From positions 24,800,001-24,864,000 of the forward strand of contig OX597822.1 of the NCBI GenBank assembly GCA_951406725.2: DNA of 64,000 bases, given 5' to 3'. Of the stretch, positions 54,874 through 64,000 are shown piece after piece. Within the stretch, counting starts at the first letter, position 1, and each line of letters begins with the position of its first letter. The position numbers and the translations under genes are program-made. This stretch comes from Octopus vulgaris (Eukaryota). The notes below the pieces were generated by a model, which was not told where the DNA came from, did no database searches, and saw only the letters and a list, made by a program, of their open reading frames with translations.

Positions 54874-56354
54874 CACGTGTTAATTTTGTTTGTGTGTACA
54901 TATTTCCACATATTATATAATATATTATAAAAGTTCATAACATAAGTATTTAAAAAAATGCTCAAGAGGTTAGGATAGTTCATTTTAGATCAACAAGTAT
55001 ATATATATATCAATGATCATCTTTGTTACAAGCGGAGGTGGTGTAAAGGAATTTGAAATAACAAAGCCTCATGAAGCAGAAATGAATGAAGACACACCTG
55101 TTATATTTTGTTGTAAAGCGTGACCTTTTCCTATTCGATTTGCTCTCCCGATCAAATATTTATATAGGTAATAACGATCTCTCTCCCTCATATATATATA
55201 ATATTTGCTGAAATGACGGGTTAAGCTGAAGAAAAAGTCAGTTATAGAGGTAATTAACTTGAAGTGTTTAGGTGTTGTTTACATTATTCGATATTGATCT
55301 TGTTCCATGTTGCTTTTTGAATAAGGGATCGACTAGAAAATTAAAATAAATTAAATTAAATTAAATCTGTCACGTCCAAACCCCTACTTACGATACGTTA
55401 TGAATGGAAAAGAAGGGAAAAAAAGAAAAAGAAAAAAAGTGGCAAGTCATCAATGAGGGTTCGAAACCGGGACCCAGATACGACTCGATATAGGTGGAGA
55501 TTAACTTTCAAATAAAGTAACACCGCAATATGAAATCTATAAAAGACACATACATCTTTAGAGAGCCCCCACCCCGCACATTAATGCTGGATGTAGACAG
55601 AGTGAAGCCCTTAATATATTTATATAAAACTGGGAGGGGTCCCCTAACTGCAGAAGGTCTCACAAAAATTGAAAACATATGTCTTGGAATTATTATGGTT
55701 TTTTGCTAACTAGCCACCAATATTATTATTATTATTATTTTCTATTAATAATATCTTCATTATGTATGTATTTATGTATATATATAAACAATGGAAATAG
55801 TTTCAGTTGAAAAATAGAGATTTGATCACAGTCTTAGTTTGGATGAAAACGTAGCGCCAAAAATCATAATTATAGGAATGTATAGCACAAATAAATAGAT
55901 GAGATTGTTCGGCTTTCATGCCTTTCCTAGAGCAGATTGTGTTGCGTATAAACAGCCAAGAAAGAGAGGAACCATTACAAGAAATAGCAGTCAAATCCCC
56001 ATCAAAATCACACTTTGCATTCTTAAAACGGGTAGTGGGAATACACAATGAATTGTATAAGTCCACATATATATATTTTTTAAAAAAGGGTGTGATCAGA
56101 GGCTGGAAGTGTTTTGATCTGGGTCTTTTTTTTTCTTCTTTTTTTAAGGGCTGACATCGTGGAGACTTTTAAATAACAACAATCAACACAGAAAATGAAA
56201 TGACATTGTAATGTAAAACAAAATCATTTTGGGGTTTTTGAATTAAAAATAGGAATTTAAAGAGAATTAGTGGTAGCGCAAGTTAGGAGGGAGCCCAGAA
56301 ATAACAACGAATAAAATCCCTAATAAATAAAGCGGGGACAAAGTAGATAAACAG

Positions 56355-56358
<4 letters not shown>

Positions 56359-56427
<69 letters not shown>

Positions 56428-56505
56428 ACAGAGAGAAAGAGAGAGTGAAATGGAGAGAGAGACAGAGAGAGAGACACAGAGAGAGAAAGAGAGAGAGAGA
56501 GAGAG
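56359..56505. repeat. (GA)n microsatellite just downstream of the exon 1 donor
   Basis: Directly visible. Confidence 0.97.
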
Positions 56506-56527
56506 AAGAAGAAATGCCTTGTCTCAC

Positions 56528-56707
56528 CTTGTGTGGAGCATTCAGCAACTTGTGGACGGCCCCTATTTGATTACATAGTGGTACATCCTTATGGAAAATG
56601 AATGTTGGAGGTCGGGTAGGTTCTAGAAACATACTGGTGTTGGAAAATGGGTCCATGTCGTCCAGGTATTGAACACGACATACTAACGTAGCGTCCGATG
56701 ACGCCAT
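56528..56707 (-). CDS. FHOD3: FHOD-family formin (FH1/FH2 domain-containing protein), first coding exon, N-terminal GBD region
   Basis: Translates to MASSDATLVCRVQYLDDMDPFSNTSMFLEPTRPPTFIFHKDVPLCNQIGAVHKLLNAPHK, closely resembling the vertebrate FHOD3/FHOD1 N-terminus (ATLACRVQFLDDTDPF...PEPSRPP...VHRLLQAPHK). Start context aacATGG; exon ends at a canonical AAG|GTGAGA donor, phase 0. Invertebrates typically have one FHOD1/3 co-orthologue, so the symbol is approximate. Confidence 0.95.
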
Positions 56708-56814
56708 GTTGATTGCGTTTAAAGGAACGATCGTCTCTGTCTGTCAGTTTGTGCAAGTGTGTATATATACGTGTATGTGTGTATATGTGTGCGAGCTTTC
56801 AGGCATTTCTGTGT

Positions 56815-56910
56815 GTATGCGTAGATACGAGTGAGCGTCTGTGTCTATGCGTATGTGTAGATACGAGTATGCGTGTGTGTATGTGTAGATACGAGTATGC
56901 GTGTGTCTAT
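56815..56910. repeat. Three imperfect repeats of gtatgYgtagatacgagt upstream of the FHOD ATG
   Basis: Copies at 56815, 56851 and 56879. Confidence 0.85.
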
Positions 56911-57355
56911 GTGCGTGTGCTGCTTCTGTTTTATCGTTACCTTCCTCCCATCACCACTTGCAGCCAAATTTCTTCTTACCTCTTGTCAACAGGCTTTTCT
57001 CCTCTCCCTTCTACTACACTCTGTGTACACCTATCTCCCTCTCCCTTCCAACTCTCTCCCTCTCATTGTATTGTGCTGTCACACACTTTGTCCCTCCCTC
57101 TGTCTCTCTTTCTCTTTTCTTTTCCCCCACCTCCAGCGGTATTCTGTGAGTCTATCTATTTCTCTGTCATTCTGTCTCTCCCTCTCCCTCTCTTTTCTAA
57201 TTCTCTCTTTCTTTCTGTCTCTCTCTTCTCGTCTGCTTTGATTTGAATTTTAACCTTATATTTTTCTCTCAATCTCTCACACCCTCCTCTCTATCTCTTT
57301 ATTTTGTTTATATTGTTTACGTTTTCTCACTAACCTCTCTGAAACTTGCCTTGTC

Positions 57356-57890
<535 letters not shown>

Positions 57891-58408
57891 CTTTGCTCTT
57901 CTGTCTAACATTTTCTCTAAACTCATTCCCCCATCCCATTTCAGATCCTTACCTCCTCTATCTCTCTCCCTCTCCACATTTCCCCCTTACAATTATCTTC
58001 CTCTCGTTTACTCCTATATCTCTTCCCCTCTCCCTCCCTCTATCTCTCCTTTGCTTTCTTTCCCCAAACTCCACTCTCCTTTTATCTGTCTCCCTATCTT
58101 TAATTCTCTATCTACATGACACCATGTCATCTTCTAAAATAGCCAGCCACCTCACTTCATCCCTTTTCCCCTTTTCCCACCGCCATGCTTCGACTAATCC
58201 CTATCTCTATCTTCTCTACAACCCCATCGTTCTGCTAGCTGTATTTTCTCTTATCAAAATAGACACCCACAACGCAGCATCAACAGATGCCAGGAAGACG
58301 TAATCGGAACGTGGAGACAAAATTTCGTCAGAATGGGGGCTCAAAAAAAAGGTTCTGCAATAGATACGCACACGCGCACGCAAACATATTATCTCGGTTT
58401 TTATCCCA

Positions 58409-58451
<43 letters not shown>

Positions 58452-58734
58452 TTACTCATACAATATATATTGGTCTAGTCAGTCTCTTGCTTGTCTGAAG
58501 TTTCACCTGTGTCCACAGTCATGGGTAAGGTACGAGAAGGGTCTTGATGGAGGTTATATACACACACAAACAAAACAGGAAAATATACTATTTATTCTCC
58601 ATCACACGTGTTTCATTTTCCAATAAAAATCACAAAGATTTACCTGTTATATAGACATAAGAGATTTCCTATTAGAGAAATTGTCAGCCTCCAACTTACG
58701 ACCCTTTGTATATGTATAATTTCCATCATAAATT

Positions 58735-58808
58735 TTCGGCCATGATTTGCCTGATGAACCTATGAACGCACAGGCGAAACTCTTGAGTAACTAAGTGACA
58801 TGATCAAA
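58735..58808 (+). ncRNA. Type I hammerhead ribozyme motif (full core, imperfect stems)
   Basis: CTGATGA 58751-58757; stem II acctatg-aacg-cacaggc; GAAA 58776-58779; stem III actc-tt-gagt; cleavage triplet GTA 58787-58789; stem I ggccatgatttgc pairing with actaa-gtga-catgatc around an internal loop. Confidence 0.7.
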
Positions 58809-59211
58809 CGAAAAATATTGATCTCTACTATAGCCTTGAATACTCTTTCTTCTGACAATCAACACTAAACGTATGTTGTGTGTATGCGTGTGTGTGTATG
58901 TGTGTGTGCGTGTGTTTGTGTGTGTGTGTATCAACTAATCTTGAAAAAACCGTAGGGTAAAAAAGGAAATATAACTCTAAACAAAACATTAATAAACATG
59001 CCTAAAGACACACACACACACAGAGTGTTTTTAAAGCAAGAGGGACCCCTAAAATGTCATACAAAACTCAACCCTGAATTAACAGAATATAAATAAATTT
59101 GTTTATTTTGCACTGACAACGCAACCGGTTGTTTCGTTCAATGAGCTTCTCAGAGTATTTCGAGAAACTCAGTGAAGCAGAACAACATATGTTTACTTTC
59201 TACACACACAC

Positions 59212-59250
<39 letters not shown>

Positions 59251-60728
59251 CGGCAGTTACTTTTCGTAGTTTTAGTTTATTGGGTTATGGTAAGGTAAAG
59301 GTATATTAGCTTGTCTGTAAATAGTTTCAAGATTAGTTTTTATCAACACATTCATTCTATCAGGCATCCAGATTACAGAGTGAGCACCTGAAAAGGAGAG
59401 ACTAAAATATAAAGGATTTAGGGAATTATGTCAAACACGAAAATAGCAATGTACGGTGCAGTTAATAACTATGGGGTATCGTAGTTTTGTTGGAATACCA
59501 CAATGTCGTAAATTGTTTCAAATGTGAAAAAAGAATCACTTTCTGATAGTAAGCAGAATTTTTTAAAAGCCGTTGCAGAAATTGAAAGTGGCGTATTTAT
59601 AAAACTGGCGTAAAACATATTGCAGAGATCATTGATATGAAACTCGATATGGTTATGATGCAAGTCAGGTGACAATAACGGCAATAATACTTCAAAACAT
59701 CTGGATGGTTTTGAATAAACTACTGATCAGAAACTGTGATTTCAAACAAAAGATCTAAGTTCCAGAATAATCTAAATGATTAAGTGGCTCTAAAACTAAC
59801 ATTCTCAAAAATATATCAATCCATGTTATTTTGAGGAAAGACTATTGCTAATACACTAAGCATAAGCAACCTTTTTCGAGAAGCAGGCCGCATGTGAAAT
59901 GATTAATTATTAGTCGAAGTACACTGCTAAAAAAATTCAAGGTATTTTGTCATAAGCGTGGCATACGGAAAATCCCGCGAACCGTAGTTAGCCCATGATT
60001 GTAATACATCAATGACAAACCATCAGTCATAGCCAAGCAAAGGGAACTAATTTATGGACGTCTCTTTGGAAAGGGACTCCCCTTTCTGAAGAAATAAAAA
60101 TAAATAAATGAGCTCTTATACTGGTTGCGTGAAAGGTGAATGGAAATGTGAGAATATGTGAAGTCTATAGAGTAGATCTAAATGAAAGAATTTGTTCCGC
60201 TCCATTATCCAATTCCCAAATACTAAATCGATATTTGTATTATAAAATGGATTTCTATCAACAGATAGAAGTGTGTTCTAAAGCAAGATAAATTAAAACG
60301 ACAAATGCACCAATTTTTTTCCCCAGAAAGACACGTCTTTTATATGGAAGACACGATCCTTCAAACACAGCTAGCACTATCTTTCAGAGAGCAATTAAAC
60401 ATGTTGCTGGAAGTCATACCGATAATGTTTATTATTTATGAAGATGATGCATATATTAGTGAAAAAAAAAGCAACTTCAAAGCCTAAATTTTAAAGTAGA
60501 TAAGATAATAAAAATGGTGGAGTTATCAAGTAAAGTGAGCAAACGAACTAAGTCACTGTCAGAGATTTATAAGCGCGCGCGCACACACATACACACAGAG
60601 GCATGATTGAATGATTAAGAAGCTTGCTTTGCAATCACGTAGTTTTGGGTTCAGTCCCAGAGTGTGACATTGTGTTGACCAGTGCTTTATGGAGCAATCT
60701 TGTTGGACAGAAACTATATGGAAACCCG

Positions 60729-60848
<120 letters not shown>

Positions 60849-60985
60849 ATGTGTATAGAAATTATTCAGGCTGTATATCATTGTTTGAATCACTTCGTAA
60901 ACGTAGTGTCCTATTTCTATGGGAAGTTCAACAACAAAAGGTATTTGAGCATTTGAAAAGTGATGTTGGTGTCAGAACCAGTGGC

Positions 60986-61077
60986 CCATATTTAGAATGC
61001 CAGGAAAGAGATTACATAAACAACTGACGGAAGTGGAAAACCTATATAAGGAAGACTTTCACATGGCGGCCATTTTG
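60986..61077. promoter_or_regulatory. Candidate promoter/enhancer module: near-CArG, ETS, near-CArG/TATA and double YY1 motifs
   Basis: CCATATTTAG 60986-60995, CGGAAGTG 61028-61035, CCTATATAAGG 61041-61051, ACATGGCGGCCATTTTG 61061-61077, within the CpG-retaining region. Confidence 0.4.
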
Positions 61078-61659
61078 TAGGGAGATATTTTACTTGGCCG
61101 AGGATCGGAATGGGTTTCAGATCATAGACCACTTGGACACACACATGCACGCAAGCACACATACACACACACACACATTGATAAAAGCGAAGTTCTGTCT
61201 GTCCGCCTGGGACCCCTGTATCTCATCCTATATTTGCTCTTTGGAATCAGGATGACCCCGGGATTGAAAATCTGCCCTTTATTTGGTTCTTAAACATCTA
61301 GCATTGGGATCTGATTTAAAAGCATTTGTATAGCTATTTCTAGCAGGTGAAGCTTGCCTGATTCATGCCATCTTGGTTGGCATTTATTAGGTGACGTCAG
61401 AGATCAAAGGGGAGATAAATGATATTCGCTTCGTTAATTTTAGGTCTAGATAAGAACTTTGGGACAAATTGGCCAACAGTCTGATTTCAGCTGAGGACTG
61501 GAGCAATAGAATGATTGCATTACAGAATTAATTCGCATCCGTCCTTAACTTCTGATCAAATACCACGGGGGCATATAATCATTCTAGACGTATTATATTC
61601 ATGCTATTTTTTTTTATTTAGTGACAAACGAAAAATATACCGACGATAGTTGTTGACAA

Positions 61660-61883
61660 ACAACGGCAGTAATTTTGTTCAGCTGAATACACGTCATTGA
61701 TTGGTTGAAATTACCGAAATAAGCCTACTTTGACGTGAAATTACTTCGTAAATAGAAGTTTTTCTCAAAAATGCTAAGAGTAAAACATGTTTTATATGAC
61801 ACATTCTACCAGTGTCCGAAATTTGAAAGTGTTTAGTTATAAAAAATTATTTTTTAAATCTGTACGTCAAAAGGTAAAGATCC
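61660..61883 (-). mobile_element. Diverged partial inverted copy of the 12571-12975 MITE
   Basis: Reverse-complement matches include gtcattgattggttgaaatt, acattctaccagt, aaagtgtttagtta and the terminal aaagatcc. Confidence 0.75.
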
Positions 61884-62109
61884 GAATTATTATTTAAATT
61901 ATTTAGACCTAAGAGTCTAAATATTTTTTCCTAATACACAACATCAGCAATGTAAATTGTGTGTGTGTGTAATGTAACGTTGAAAATGTGTCTACATTAA
62001 TTTTAACTTGTTAGTTATGCTCTAAAACAGAAACTACGCAATAAACCGTTTCTTACGCGTTTAAAGATCTTAATTTGATTTAATGGGGAAAATAATAATT
62101 AAGCTCATT

Positions 62110-62330
62110 TCTCGGTTAACAAACCGTTAAATGTCGTAGAAAAGCGAATACAAATTGCACCGGAAGCGACGATAATAAAATCTCATACATACATGCACCG
62201 AAAACATCAGCAAAATAGTGAGGTAAAGGGAACCGGGGGTTTCGTGCAGTAGAAGTGTGTTTAGGAAAACGCTGCCTGTTTGAGATCTGTCGTCTGTGTG
62301 AAACAGTTCGCCCCATCGTAACGCTATAGG
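62110..62330 (+). promoter_or_regulatory. CpG-dense segment, candidate promoter and non-coding first exon
   Basis: High local CpG density, ETS motif ACCGGAAG at 62159-62166, possible donor GAG|GTAAAG at 62222/62223. Confidence 0.35.
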
Positions 62331-64000
62331 TATTACCAGGGATGTATTTGATATTAGATATGTAGGCTACCATTTAAAATTTTTTGTTGATCTAATGATA
62401 TATGCATTCTATAAAAGACTATGAGAGGACGTTAGATACTCACTAAGAAGAAACTCATGTGATAATGTAAAACGGGTGAAGCTTTATTAAGATCGTACTT
62501 GTATGAGCAAAACAGGTTCACAGACATTGAAACAACTTTAATTACGTTCTATGCATAGTTTTCACGTTATATAAATATAATGAAGTTATGTAATTTCATT
62601 CGTCCCTTTCACTTTCTACTGTTATTTGCTTGCACCTTTTTAGGACACAAAACTCCACATTTGTCCTATTATTATTATATGACGAGCTTAATGCATCGAA
62701 GAAGGAAAGAAAAGCAAGTCTGTTGGTCAGCACCTGATAACATGAAGCACACCTGCCCGTTTATGGTTGCCCCTTACTTTGATTATTATAATTTACTCAA
62801 TTTATTCAATTCAAAGTGTGTTGAATCTTGGAAATATACCGAGTACTGATTGACTCAATCTTAAACACTAGATGGTCATATTTTTATCGGCAACGATTCA
62901 CCTTTTGTATCACAAATATCACTTCAGTGCTCAAATGTTTTATCGACGTTCTCGGCACAATACCGGGGGGTGGGGAATTGTCTTATCCGCGTTCCTTTTT
63001 ATCACCGTAAACATCCGTATAAAATTGGCAAATCACGACAGATCGAGAACGGTATATAACACCCCCTTTTTATATTAGAAGAAGCAAATGCAAAAATACT
63101 AAAGAAAAGAAAGAAATTCAGGTTAAAGAACTGTTAAATGTTTCTGTTGCTGAATCTGTTTGTAGCTTTCATGAATTGGAAGATCTTATTTATGGTTGGT
63201 GGATCCTTGAAAAGGCACTGCACCTTCTATCTTACCTTAGTCTTTCTCTCATAGACTTGCAGTGGATCTTGCAAGCATGAAGTGGATTCGATCCACCATA
63301 GCCAAATTTAAATTAACACTGCAACAGAACTTTTCCCACGATGGAACAATGGTTTTTCTCTGACAGCAGTTTTACATTTTCTAGATGCCTTTAGCTAGGC
63401 CGAAATAATGTCTTCACCACTTGACCCTGTCTAACCTCTTCTACTTCACCAAAAGCTAGAATAGAAATAACAAGACCACCAACTAAATCTATTGTTCTCA
63501 ATGATATGTCTATCCCTCTGGATAGTTATAAAAGCAAGAACACTCCCAAGCAAAAATCAATCGGTGACGACTCAACCAAGTAGTTACTTGGCGACAACTG
63601 AGCGGGGAGGCTCGTGACGGCTCAATTAGTTAGGGAACGGACTGCTAGAATCATGATCACAAGGACTGCAGCTACTAAAGACAATGGTCAGCGAGAGAAA
63701 TGAAATTTACTGTCAGCAACAGTGAGACGACGTCCCACAACCCTACAACTTTCACTAGCTCTAATTCCGTTCTCTTACATCATCTATCGCTATCTGTGGA
63801 TTACTACTAACAATTTGTGTACGCCAAACTAAGCAAAAGAAAAATTCTACCACATCTAACTTTCTTTCGCATGCTTTTGGATTTATCATAACCTGCCCAT
63901 CGAGGCAACGTATTGTAACGTAACGGTAAATAAATATTTCCTTAAAACTTCATGCATTGTTCATCTTTCACATCCTACAACATGCCGTTATAACAACAAA

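Noticed and set aside
56267-56527. C-terminal part of the 146-aa ORF 56267..56707 (VRQGISSSLSLSL...)
   Set aside because: Read-through past the exon 1 donor into an intronic (TC)n microsatellite; homology stops at APHK and resumes in exon 2.
59858-59999. Possible hAT-like MITE remnant
   Set aside because: Termini too degenerate and no target duplication visible.

Overview
AT-rich, microsatellite- and SINE-dense eukaryotic (animal) DNA. The repeat families and composition suggest a coleoid cephalopod, most likely Octopus; this is an inference. The only protein-coding gene I can support is the 5' end of an FHOD-family formin (FHOD1/FHOD3/Fhos-like) on the minus strand. Coding exon 1 is at 56707-56528, followed by a ~39.5 kb intron, then exon 2 at 17048-16927; the rest of the gene lies beyond the left edge. 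Almost all ORFs in the supplied track are artefacts of microsatellites or repeats. The introns hold several tRNA-derived SINE families (some in head-to-tail arrays), MITEs with terminal inverted repeats, an internally deleted mariner, a CRE-like non-LTR fragment, a Helentron-like element and Penelope-like end fragments. The most interesting observations are: (1) a complete type I hammerhead ribozyme fold ~2 kb upstream of the FHOD start codon whose stem defects are almost all A-C mismatches; (2) a variant minimal hammerhead in a Penelope-like fragment; (3) a phase-compatible candidate alternative first or cassette exon in intron 2; and (4) a CpG-retention boundary near 53 kb. No CRISPR, rRNA or intact tRNA genes were seen. 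All alignments and folds were done by eye.
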